This document shows, in pieces, positions 49,637-61,362 of a stretch of DNA of 64,000 nucleotides. Both the position numbers and the translations under genes were made by a program. The stretch's first letter is position 1, and every line of letters starts with the position of its first letter. Location: positions 431,914 to 495,913 of the forward strand of contig CAJINV010000011.1 of assembly GCA_905178155.1 (NCBI GenBank). Direction: 5' to 3'. The stretch comes from Amoebophrya sp. A120. Lineage: Eukaryota; Protista; Dinoflagellata. The notes below the pieces were generated by a model. The model worked only from the letters and a program-made list of their open reading frames with translations, was not told the origin of the DNA and did not search any database.

Positions 49637-50914
49637 GGCGAGTGGAACTCAATTCTTGTTTTCAACTAACTTGTGCTCTGTACAAAGTACCACAGTAATT
49701 TTCAACCAAGGGTGTACCTAAACAATTTCAAGACCACACATTCTAATGTTAGCTCCGGCCTCCGCCTCGTCCCACCAAAAATATATATCGATCAAGCCGC
49801 TTGTACTATGGTGTATAGTCATGCAAGTAGAGAGAGAACAAGTAGAGACACTTCTAGTACAAAGGATTACCGCATAATTCCCCTTCCTCCCCCAAAACTA
49901 AACAAAGATTCGGTGCCTCGTTCGAGCAGAACAAAAGCGGTGTGCTTGACGTGCAAGAGAAACCATACCAATACAATTTTTGTCTGCGTTTTTGTTTTTA
50001 TTTAATTACACAAAATAAAAAATTCAGAGCAGCCATCGTGCTGGTTGAAGTAAATCATAGAATTCATGTACTTGAGAATCATGGAGGTGGTACCTAGTAA
50101 GCGCGCCTGCACATCTGTAGACAAGAAATCATAGGAAAACGCCAACATCTTCTGCCTGCGTGCTTTTTGATTTACACTTCTGTACTTACCTCTAACGTAA
50201 GCCCAGAAACGAGCACGAAGTGCAACCATAGCCGCTACAACAAACTTTTTCTTGCGAGTACGACAAAAAAAGCAACTCAGCCTGAAAAAAAAACTCGCTC
50301 GACGTCAAAAAAGGCAGCGGAAGCTGCTCCTGCTCCTCAATAGAATTAGGACAACTACTACTAAGTAGAGTGAAGTCCCAACTCTGCACGTCCTCTCAAC
50401 GAGGCACGACACTGCGTGTCGAAGGTGGCCAGAGGAATCAATAAACAAAGAACCGAAGGCAAAAACAAAGACACGACGACGGACTAGTTCCACAAAACTA
50501 CTTCTTAGTTCCATACAGAAAAAAACACCGACCGACAAGTCATCGCTTTGCAAAGTTAAGTGACTCTCTTTGCTGTTTTCGACGAACAACCAACTACAAC
50601 TCCAAAGCTTGGCTCTTGCGCGAGAAAAGCCTTCTGAATCAGCCAAACGCTGACCACAACTTTAGCCGTCGTGTACGAGTACGATGATGTTTCCTTCTAT
50701 TTTACCTTGAGTACTTCTATCGATCCGTGCGTCTTACTCTTGCGGAGCAAGCGTCTGCGAAGTGAAGTTAAGCGAAAACAAACCGTCAGCAGTGTAGCTG
50801 TAAGTGTACTAGTTCTAGGGTCGTACTAAACCTAGGAAAAAGTTTTTAAGCGTTATGATACTAGATGGGTAATATTATAACAAATTGACAGAACTGCAGC
50901 GTCTGTAAGTATGC

Positions 50915-53900
50915 TCAGCTGAACCTGAGCCCCAGCACGGCCCGTGGCGGCGGACCACCGCCAGATTTGTTTCTGGGAAACACGTCGCCGAGATAGGCGG
51001 ACGGAACGATGTCTGTGCCGTCGGGGTGCTGGAGGTTGAGCCGCTCGGCCGCGGTGCCGGGTAGGCGGTTCTCGAAAAGCAGCAACAATTCGAACACCGT
51101 GGACAGCTCGTTGCACTCCACGCGTTCCGAGAGATTGTTGGGAAAAAACGAACTGGAAATGCTCAGAACCACCGTTTGGGCTTGCGTCGTCGAGCTCCCC
51201 TCGGGTCGTGAAGCTCTACTACTTGTTCTACTACTGCCTATCGCTTCTATTCGGGCTTTCAACCGGTTCTCTATCGCCTCCTGCTGTGTCGGCGGTATGT
51301 TATTCCGCTGCTCCACTATGCGGATGAGTTGCACTGTGGTTTTTGGCGTCACGTACAGGTCGCGCAATGTTCGAGTGTCGCCTTCCGCCATGCATTTCCC
51401 ATCGATCAGCAGCAGCTCCGTGCGCTCGGCGGCCTGTTATGGGTTGAGTGATGGTATGTGTCTATTCGTCTTTGTTTCATCAGAGGACAAAATTGTGTAG
51501 AAGAACTGACGTTGTGTAGTGCAAATAAATTATGGATTGAAATGTTGAACATTAGCATGACGTGCTGCCCACAACACTTATCGTGCAGCACATGCACAGG
51601 TCTCTACAAAAATAAACCCTATCTATACCTCCTCCGCCACCGACCCGCTGCTACTTGCTATCCTGTGCAAAAGTATCGTACCCGTTCGTAGTAATTGCAA
51701 TCATGCATTACAAATCTTTTCCTTAAGGCAAATCCCCATTACAAATTTAATTTCTCATGCTGAGGAAATTTGTAATGCATTTATACGAGTACGATGCTTT
51801 TGCGGTTCATACTTGCTCGGGAAAGGCAATGTTTCCGCAAAATTTCCCGGAGCTCTGACACCGTCTGGTCGTGCGCAACCTGCATCCTATGCATTGCAAA
51901 AATATCGTACTAGTTCTAGTATGAATTGCATCACAAATTTTTTCAGAAGGAAAAACGGAACTTGTCATGCTGAATTACCTCTAGAAATCACATCTGTCAT
52001 GCAAGTCTTGCATTTATACGAGTACGATGCTTTTGCAATGCATACATCCGGGCCGAGTACAACTTTTCTTGTGTGGAAGCTGTTCCACTGTTTGATGTCC
52101 CTCGTCTATTTGGCGATAAACTGCTGCTGTTCGTCGCACCAATACCAAAATTCGTTTCCCTGAACGGCTCAAACAGTTTCGCCTTTTTCGCGGCTTCCAA
52201 CTTGGTCTGGAACCGATTTGGCGAGTTCACGATGCGCGACACCTGCTCGTTGACTGCGACCGTCGGCGTGGGTGTGAAAGTAGTCTTTGGGGAAGATGGG
52301 TTGGAAGGCGTGGCCCCACCTATTGGGGGTAGGGAGAACGAAGATGTAGTTGTACTGGAAGAGGTTGTTGTAGCGGTCGTTTTGAGTAGCGGAAACGGGA
52401 GTTCCACGTTGACCGGAAACACGTCCTTGTAGTCGAGCCAAAAAACCCGAACGGGACTGGAACCCGTCCCAGAAAACACGTTGCCTGCGATCGTCACGTC
52501 AGACCTGGTCGGTGTAGAAGTTAGAGAGGCATTTTCACAACAGAGTCCGCAATAATTCGCCTCTAATGCTTGCCAAACAAAAAAAAAAAGCTCGATGAAT
52601 TAAAGCGAAGGAGCAAGCATTTCTGTATACCCTTCCTGCCCGCCCTCCTCTTTCCTCTGCAACAACTCCGGCGCCAAAGGGATGTAGGACGCCACCGTGC
52701 GGCTATCCTGCCAAGGCAGCTCGTCCGACGCGGAAAAAAGGTCGAACCGCCGCCCCAAAAACATGTCCCGGTAGACATAGAACAGGCCGTTTTTGAAGTC
52801 CGCCACCGTCGTATCCGAAAACACCGCCATTTTCTGCACCTGCGCGACGCTGCTGGATTTGGAAGAGGATGAAAATGGCGCCACTACGCTCGGCAGCATC
52901 ACGTCGCGGAACGGCACGTAGACGATTTTCCGCGTTTTGCTCAAGGGCTCGATGCTTAGCAAGTACCGTCTCGCAAGCTCGTCGCGCTCTGCCGGAGAAA
53001 CGGAGAAGTCAACTGCGGCCGGGCGCTGATGTTCTTGACCCCTATTAGTACCCGCGGTACTAGGAGATGATGCTGAAAACCCTCCCTGAGACGCCATTTT
53101 CAAGCTGCTTCTATTGGGAGAGAGCGCGAGAAACACCCCCCGCTCCTCTTCCTCCCTCATTCTCTGCTGCCGCGCTTTTTCTCTCGTTGCTTCCGCATCG
53201 GAAAAGGGAAACCAAAAACAGGCCCCGTTGAACAGTTCCGCATACAGTTCCTTCGTGCGCGCCTGCCGCGTGCTCACGGGGAGCGTAAACTGCACCTGCT
53301 TTACGGAGGGGAGCTGTTTCAGAACTACATTCGAGGAAGTAGATGCAGGAGGTCTTCCCGGAAGATCTTCTGGTGGTCCACAAATACCTCCTAGAAGTTC
53401 TACTGCTGGCGTTCGTAATATTGTTTCCCTTTGTTCCGTGGTGCCTGCATCTGCCAGAACCTGGAACAGTTTTTTCTGCAGCCTTTTCTTCCGTTTCCGA
53501 ACGTCCTCCGGCGCGAATTTCCGCCTCTCTTTCGCGGGCGGCACTGCAAACGAGCTCCGCCCGCTGCTGCGGATCGACGAGCTGGCGCCCAGCCGGTCCG
53601 AAAACGCGCTTTTTCGGGATTATCAACTGTAAAAATGTCTGGGTCTGGAAGGTTGCAACTTGTCATGCTGTTTTTGGACTCTAAAAAAATTTGTAATGCA
53701 TGACCAGCAAGAGGGGCGCAATTTGTGCTACACGGACAGGGCATTTCTCATGCGGAAGGTGCATCAGGAAGCCCTCTAAAAGTCTGCAATGCTGGGTCAT
53801 GCATTACAGGCATCCTGGGTCATGAGAAATATGCATCACAAAGCTTGCATTCTTCCAGACCCAGACATTTTTGCATTTGATAGGGATCCCGTCAACCCGA

Positions 53901-56900
53901 ATCCGGACGACGCCGAGGAACTGCAACTGCTACCGGTTGTATATCAAATGCAAAAGTGTCTGGGTCTGGAAGAATGCAACTTGTCATGCTAAATCTGAAC
54001 CAGGCGAAAACCTGTGTTGCATGATTGCCAAAAGCTGTGCACTTTTGACCTAATCGAGAGGCAGTTTCTTATGCAGCTTAGGCATTAGAAAGGTCCCGCA
54101 GAATGTGTCATGCTATGTCATGCATACCAAACCTCATGGGTCATGGAAAACCTGCATGACAAATCTCGCAATCTTCCAGACCCAGACATTTTTGCAATGC
54201 ATATTGCACCTTCATGAACTAACTTCCGGGCCCTCTGCAGCGCTTCCTGCTGCGCGGTAATCAGCGCAGCCATTGCGGACCGGAGATCCGACCGCTTTTC
54301 CTCCAGATCCCGCTGGGCGCTCACCTCGGCGCGCAGCCCGGACAGCGGTTTATGCAAAAGCAAATTGCAAAAGTTGTACTACCGTAGGGATAGGTACTCG
54401 TACAAATTTTTGCACAGTCAGTCTATCTTCATGACAGATGACAAATTCTCTTTTTCCTTGTTCAGTTTGCAATGCAGGAATTCCTACATTAGTACGGTAG
54501 CGGTACTACTTTTGCAGAATTGCATACTCTTCCAGTTCTAGCAATTCCAGTTCCGCTGACCGCAAGGTCGTTCGAGCACTGTATCCTTTGTAAAAACGTC
54601 CCCAAGAAACGAGTTACGCAAACATTTGTAATGCGCATCCCCGTGAGTGTGAGAGGAATTTCCAATCGTGCTTTGGGAGAATTTGTAATGCTTTAAACAG
54701 GATAAGGAGACGCATTCGTTATGCGGGATCCCTTGCAAGACTAGGACTACACGACACTACAGCGAAAATAAACTTGTCATGCGTGACTCCCAAAACTTCT
54801 GAACCTGTGCTGCAGCTGTTCCCAAATCGACTGTAGCGCGCGGACGTTTTTACGCAGGATACGCGGCGGATCTCGCCGTCTACCGAGAGCTCCTCTTCGG
54901 GCGGTTCCTGCCGATCCTCGGACAGTTCGCCGAGTCGCAACCGCATCTGAATCACCAGCTCGTCCACGGTCAACCGGTCTGGGTTTTTCGCCAGCAGCGC
55001 CTCCTTCAACGCGACCAAGTCGAGCGGCGTCGGCGCCGCGCGTCCCTCCACGGACGGCGGGCCCGAGCGGGAACTGACTTTCTTCATCTTGTCGGCTGCG
55101 GTGGTGTCCAGGTTGCCTTCTACGGCTGCGTCGCTTGCCGCGGTAGTGGTGCCACCTCCGATCTTCGTCGGCAAGGACTTCGCACTGCGCGCGCTCTTTT
55201 CGCTCAACACGTCCGACTTGTCTTGTTTGTTATCGTTAGTACCATCGTGGTCCGCTGCGGCTTTGTCCCCTGTATCAGCCCCGCCCTCAGTAGTAGGTTC
55301 TTCTCCTTTCGCATCCGCATCACCGTCGTTGGGTTCATTTTCTTTATCCGCAGCAGTATTCTCTTCTTCTGGTTTCTTCTCTTCCTCCGGGGCCGCGGCT
55401 TCTTCTGGTTTCTTCTCTTCTTCACCAGCGGCTCCTTCTACCGCGTCCGGAGCGGCTTTTTCGACATTATTTTCATGTATTTTATTCGTCTCACCAGCGT
55501 TTACATCCTCGTCTTTATTTCCGTCCTCTCCGGCCACTGCTGCATCTTCGCCCGGTGCAGACGCGACGCTCTTCGCCGCAGTATCTGCCGTGTTGCCTTC
55601 CTCCTATGCATTGCAAATATGTCTGGGTCTGGAAGGTTGGAACTTGTAATGCTAGCTTTCCATACCTAGGAAACCTGTATTGCATAACCAACAAAGGTCG
55701 CAACCTCTTTTGTACATGCAAACATGCAGTCTGTCATGCGGATTGCCTGTGAGAACAAAACGTTCTGGAAAGTTGTCATGCTAGGTTGCATTCGGATCGG
55801 TTTCCACCATCCACATTTTAGCATCACAAGTTTCCAGACCCAGACATTTTTGCAGTTGATACCTCCGCAGGAGCTGCAACTTCCGACTTCATCGGGGCTT
55901 GCAGCGACGCCGACGCGCTCCCCGTTGTTCCTGAAAGGCCGCCGTCTGCAGCTGCTTCTTCAGGTACGTCGTCCAGCAGTCTGGTTGCCGCTTGTTCTAT
56001 CCCAGCTGGTGCCGTGGCTTCTGGTGCCGGCTCGGCTGTTTAGGAGTTCATCAGGAGAATTCGATTTGGACATTAATTCTTTTTATGTTTCCTTTTATTC
56101 CGCCCGAAAAGTGAACTGATCGGCGCGAGAATAAATCTGTGTGTCAACAGTCTATCAAAAGACCTTCTGTGCTGCTCTCGACGTCGATGAGGATGAATAA
56201 AACGCAAACTCAATAACTCATGAAAAAAAAAAGCCCTCAGGTCCCTCTATACCTTCCAAATACGCTTTTGCAACACCCGTGACAAACGCGGCGTAGTCTT
56301 CCGCAGAGCTCAAATGCAGTCTCCACAAGTCCTCCACGTTGGGCTTCGGCAGCGCCAAGTCTGGTTCCTCCAATTTCAGCACCAGAAACTTCACGTAGTC
56401 CTCAAAATCCTGTTCTGTGTCACCGTCGTCGCGGCTGTAGACCCGCTTATATAAATCCAGCAGCTCCTCCGGACGTGGAATGTTTGTCATCAAACTGTAG
56501 AAATTCACCACCATTTTCTTCAGCGTTGGGTCTTCCTCCTCGGATAGAAACTCGGGAGGAGGCTTTTTCAAGAAAGGAGCATTCGGGTCAACTTCTCCCG
56601 CAGAAATACCCCCTTTAGCGGACGAGGACGAAGAGGCGCTGCTACCGGTCGTGCCCTCACCTAGGTAGTTTTTTTTTCGCAGGATAGCTTCTCGTTTTTT
56701 GTAATAAATGTTGAAAGTGAGAAGTACAGGCAAGAACATATTTTTACGAGTTGCGATAGCAAGGAGACCTTGACAAAGAAACGTGAATCAGAGTCAATCG
56801 AACGAAGCTGTCCAGAAAAAAAAAATTATCCAACCTGCCGTGCTGGATTTGGAATTGCTACTGCTGCTACTTTTCGATGACCCGGATATGGCAGTGCACA

Positions 56901-57231
56901 ACCCCCCCTGCTCCCCCTCACTTGTATAGCACGAACGGCAATACACGCATGAGCAAGAGTGTCGGTTTTGCATGACAAATTTGCACTGGATTGTAGTGCT
57001 ACTTGGGCTACTAGAACTCGTAATGCAAACAGTGCCAAGAGGCAAAGGGTGGATTGGGTATTTTGCGTGACAAATGAGGCGGAGGGGGGAGTTGTGAACT
57101 CTCATACCGGAAGAAGCGCTGCTTGAACCGGACGAAGATGCGGAATCATTGTCCGACTCACCTCCACTCCGAGCGGGCGGCGCCTCTGCCTCCGCGGGCG
57201 GTGCAGGGGGCTCCTCGTTGTTCTCACTCAT
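50915..57231 (-). CDS. Hypothetical protein with acidic region, coiled coil and 2-3 ubiquitin-like domains (about 1,265 aa, 13 exons)
   Basis: Joined via 8 introners and GT-AG introns 56661-56834, 56036-56252, 52505-52630 and 51434-51628; 3798 nt open. UBL-like QVAHDQTVSELR...LLIDGKCMAEGDTRTLRDLYVTPKTTVQL and DTTVADFK...DSRTVASY. Confidence 0.6.
51659..51811. mobile_element. Introner F4
   Basis: TIR, direct repeat CTTGC. Confidence 0.9.
51888..52044. mobile_element. Introner F4
   Basis: TIR, direct repeat CATCC. Junction ARM|QVA. Confidence 0.9.
52505..52630 (-). other. Predicted canonical GT-AG intron
   Basis: GG|GTATAC ... CTCTAAC (branch-like) ... ACCAG|G, phase 2. Confidence 0.6.
53621..53882. 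mobile_element. Introner F1
   Basis: TIR, direct repeat GGGAT. Junction TGS|RKS. Confidence 0.92.
53942..54203. mobile_element. Introner F1
   Basis: TIR, direct repeat TTGTA/TTGCA. Confidence 0.9.
54351..54526. mobile_element. Introner, F4-like and degenerate
   Basis: Eroded TIR (TGCAAAAGTWGTAC..TACCGTA), direct repeat CGGTT/CTCTT. Junction LEE|LSG. Confidence 0.75.
54582..54861. mobile_element. Introner F3
   Basis: TIR, direct repeat CACTG/CGCGG. Junction IRR|ART. Confidence 0.82.
55605..55861. mobile_element. Introner F1 (can also be read as GT-AG)
   Basis: TIR, direct repeat CCTCC. Junction PAE|EGN. Confidence 0.92.
56887..57106. mobile_element. Introner F7, reverse orientation relative to 28970-29205
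   Basis: TIR, direct repeat CCGGA. Junction SSG|SSK. Confidence 0.88.
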
Positions 57232-58382
57232 ACTGATGCTGTGCTGGTTTTGATTCGTCGTTCTTGCAGTGCCTTTTTATCAAACAGGCTGCACAACGGA
57301 CGTCCTGCTCACCGCGGTCATATCAGGATACGTACGACCAGAATAGTAAATGCTGGGGCTATCACTATGTAGAACGCCGGCCACTCTCGCGGCGGATTGA
57401 AAGCAGAAACAAAAGTAATGATAAGAAAGTAGTTGTGAAAGTGGTCCTGCTTCAATAGCATCTTCACAAATAAATCACCCGACAACAGCACCTCATCCAT
57501 CTCGCTCACGACTCTCTCCACCAACTTCTCTCGTAGCAGATCGTCTTCGCATTATCTTCCAGTTTGCCAAAAACAATCCGACTCCGATGATACTGAAAAC
57601 GCGAAAATCCGAATCTTTCGAAGTTTGGAAAAGGACTCCACTTCTTCTTCGTCGCTACAGGTCTTATCAAGCCGCAATGCAGCTGAGCCATTTGCATTTT
57701 TTACAAGAAGTGTTGCGAACACGACAAACACAAACGGCGTGCGCTTATTTTTTACGACGGAACAAATTGATGTTCAGTGCTGGTGGCGAAACATTGGGCC
57801 CCAGTGCTGGTGATAGGTGCACAAACTAACATGATTTAAATGCTGGTGAGATGACCCAACATAAGACAAAATAAATTATTTGAAAGTGATTCAGACCACT
57901 CAATTACTTATGCATTTCATCCACTCGGATAATCCATCGACCCTGACAAGGTACGAGATGAAGCTACCGTATCAGTGGTAAATCTAAGTAGAACTCAACC
58001 AAATTCGTTTTGTCAGACAAAAAGGGTACTAGTTTTCGAGTTTATGCAAAAAGTAAAAGCAATACTTATATCAGATCATTGAAAGTCCTAGAACTAGTGG
58101 TTCATTTTTTAGCAAAATTTGTTTCAAATCAGACATGCAACAGGGCTGCATTCACGAAGCTACAGCTCGTGCAAAAATTTTTATGCTCATTTAAAAATAA
58201 GTTCACTGTATTCCCGACAAAAAAAATACTTATGAAATAAATTTGGTGCATTCAATATATATAGACCCGGGAAAGGTAGAAATTGCCCGAAAATACTGAA
58301 ATCGTGAAGCACTTTATCACTCCCCGCGTACCCTTACCCGAAACCACTCCAGCGATACCCTTACCCGAAACCACTCCAGGGT

Positions 58383-58486
58383 TTCCCGGTTTCCCGGCTT
58401 CCCGGTTTCCCGGCTTCCCGGCTTCCCGGTTTCCCGGCTTCCCGGCTTCCCGGCTTCCCGGCTTCCCGGCTTCCCGGCTTCCCGGT
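58383..58486. repeat. Tandem 8-mer array (TTCCCGGY)x13
   Basis: Directly visible. Preceded by two copies of TACCCTTACCCGAAACCACTCCAG. Confidence 0.9.
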
Positions 58487-58545
58487 TCTTTTCGCTGTAG
58501 CTGACGCCGACACTGTAGCTGACGCCGGTCGTTTAGCTGAGCACG

Positions 58546-60112
58546 CCGGTTTCTTCTTTAGCGGAAGCCGGTTTTTTAGCTGAAGCCGATTTTTTAGCTG
58601 AAGCCGGCTTGTTAGCTAAACCCGGCTTGTTAGCTAGACCCGGCTTGTTAGCTCGAGCCGTTCCTTTAGCTAAAACCGGTTTTGTAGAGCTGCCGCAGTT
58701 GTTTCAGGCGCGCCAGCCAGTCTAGCTGCTGAAGCTGCAGCACGGGGGCCCCGCCGCGCCTCCTTTGGGCTCTGCGGCCGCTGGGCTTTTCCATGGAGCT
58801 GCTGGCCTCTCGGTTGCCCTAGCAGTTCTAGGACAGAAAAACAGCCGCCGCAATAAAGAGAAAGGCGGAACAGCTTCCCGAGTCTGTTCGCACATAGAGA
58901 AAGGCGGCGCGAACGCCCTCCCGCTCTAGGCACGCAAATTCTACGCCGAGGCCTCCCGGCAAGTCAGCGCCTTCGCTTCCAAGCTTGCTCGCTTCCCAGC
59001 CTGTCTGCCTCCTGGCTTTTTCGTTTTCGCTTCTCCGTTTTTAGCCTTTGGCCCTCCAAGCCCCCAAGCCCCCCACCTTCCCAGCAAGCCTGTCCACCTC
59101 CCAGCCTGTCGGCCTCCCAGCTTCGTTCCCGGCTCTTTTAGCTAAGACCGGTTTTCTAGCTAAAGCCCAAGCCGGCTTTTTAGCTGAAGCCGGTTTGTTA
59201 GCCGCGGCCGGTTTCTTTTTTAGCGGAAGCCGGTTTTTTAGCTGAAGCCGATTTTTTAGCTAAAGCCGGTTTTTTACCCAAAGCCGGCTTGTTAGCTAAA
59301 CCCGGCTCGTTAGCTCCACCCGCCTTGTTAACTAAAGCCGGTCCTTTAACTACCTACAGCCGGTTTTGTAGCTACCCCGGGCTTTTCCTGCCTGCTCCGC
59401 TTACTTATCGAGCTGCCACAGCTGTTTCAGGCGCGCCAGCCAATCTGCCTGCTGAAGCTGCGAAGCTGCAGCAACGGGGCCCCGCCGCGCCTCCTTTGGG
59501 CTCTGCGGCCGCCGGACTTTTCCATGGAGCTGCTGGCCTCTCGGTTGCCTTAGCAGTTCTATGACAGAAAAACAGCCGCCGCAACAAAGAGAAACGCGGA
59601 ACAGCTTCCGGAATCTGTTCGCACATAGAGAGGGAGGCGGCGCGAACGCCCTCCAGCTCTAGGCAAAAGCGACGCCGAGGCCTCTCAGCAAGTCAGCGCC
59701 TTCGCTTCCAGGCTTGCTCGCTTTCGTTTCCCCGCCTTCCCAGGTTTTCAGCCTTCCCGGCTTCTCCAGTTTGCCCAACCTTTCGAACCTCATTCGCCTT
59801 TTGAGCTTCTCAGCCCCCTCAGCCGCCCCAGTCTTTCTTACAGGCTTCCCTAGCCCTCCCAGTTCTCGCAGTCTGTTCAGTTTTTCCCGCCTTTTTCGTC
59901 TTTCCACTCTTTCCCGTCTCTATCTTCCTTGTCCCGAAGGTCTGGCCTCCCCGCCTCGTTGTGTTCCGCCGTTTGCCTCGTCGCTTCTGCGTGGTTTTCA
60001 AACTGTTCGCAGATAGAGAAACAGGCCCCGCAACAGACACAAGAAAACACGGGAGAAAATGGCCGCCGGAATCTGTTCGCACATAGAGAAGGAGGCGGCG
60101 CGAACGCCCTCC
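58546..60112. repeat. Composite repeat: about 19-20-bp GCCGGTTTTTTAGCTGAA-type arrays plus a duplicated block of about 310 bp
   Basis: 58688-58994 matches 59410-59723. 58546-58635 matches 59208-59307. A third partial copy lies at about 60067-60112. Confidence 0.85.
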
Positions 60113-61362
60113 CGATCTTTCTACGCAAAAGCTCCGGCCAAGCTTCCGAGAAAGTCCCGCCGCGGAAAATATGAAGCGCGCCATGATCTTCAAACGCGCA
60201 TAGTTCTCAAAATAAACGCACAAGCAAAGATCCACAAAACGGCCCACACCTGCGGAAAAATAAGATCGGCAGCCAGCGGCTTGCCAAGTTAAATGCCGCT
60301 CCATAGCCAGAATTATCCGCAAGAGCTCCGCAAATATATAATTTGGCCAAGAGCAGAGCGGCCGCGTCTCGAATCTCATCGAAACAACCAGGACCCCAGT
60401 GGCTACCTGAAACTGACTAGCTGACACACCCGCACCCTTCCCCCCCGTCCTTTCCTTCTAGTTCTGCTTCCCCCCTCCCAGTGCTCTCGATTTCGCTTCG
60501 GGATAGAGATTCCTTCCCCCTGGCTAGTAAGGAAAAACGTATCAACATTCGATACGGTGGATAAAAATAAAATTCTTATCAAGCCAGTTTCTACTTAATA
60601 GCGCGAATCAAGACTCGCGAGGAGGTGGAGCTGCCGACCATATAAAAATTGGCTTTCCGGGGTCTACTTCGTGTACGGGAATGGGCACGGACGCTTGTAG
60701 CGAGTTTTCTCTGTCCTAGCCTTGACCCTAAGATTATGTGGTAAAAGAAAGAAGTTTACTCAACGACTGCAGCAGCCGCGGAACTTCACATTTTCTCCGA
60801 ATGAGGGGAAAAAGGCAATAAAATTCAATTACATCTAGATTTATTCGGCAACACTTTCATCTTGTGAAAAAACCGGAATAGAAGTACTTCTACGGGGTGG
60901 AGATTTGGATTTAGCTTGTGCAAGTAAGTAGATGGAGTTTTTTGCGCTTGTTGTAGGAAGTTGTGGTGTGATGTGCACTTTCTTCTTCGGTAGTGTTAGA
61001 ATTGGTACTTTTGCTTGATTGGAAGATTGCTTGGTTAGTTACGGTATACACTGTAGTTTCTTCTGAAAACTTTGATTTTCGTTTTCCTTTCAGGGACTGT
61101 CACACACATCAAAAGCTCTTGTTTCAACAAATAGAGTAATACTATTTAGAAGTCCTTTTGCATTTTCTTAAAATTCTTCAAAATCTTTTTACTCGGCCTA
61201 GCGAAAACCTGGTTTGCATCAACCCAGGCACTTACTTAAAGTCGGTACTACTAGAGAGTTGCCTTCAACATAGCGACAAATTGCACCAAGGTGCGGCGGC
61301 CGGCGCGCTGGGGAATAAATTGCTGATCCCCTGCTTCATCCTTTGTTCTATATCTGTGTGGC

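Noticed and set aside
1165-55861. Recurrent peptides PDPDIFAFD, CKNVWVWK, QKCLGLE and ALQKYRT in many ORFs, suggesting a repeated protein domain
   Set aside because: They are translations of the F1 and F4 TIRs where ORFs run into elements.
40700-60420. rRNA, tRNA or spliced-leader genes in the GC-rich islands
   Set aside because: No conserved rRNA motifs, cloverleaf or dinoflagellate spliced-leader sequence seen by eye. A covariance-model scan would be needed to exclude them.
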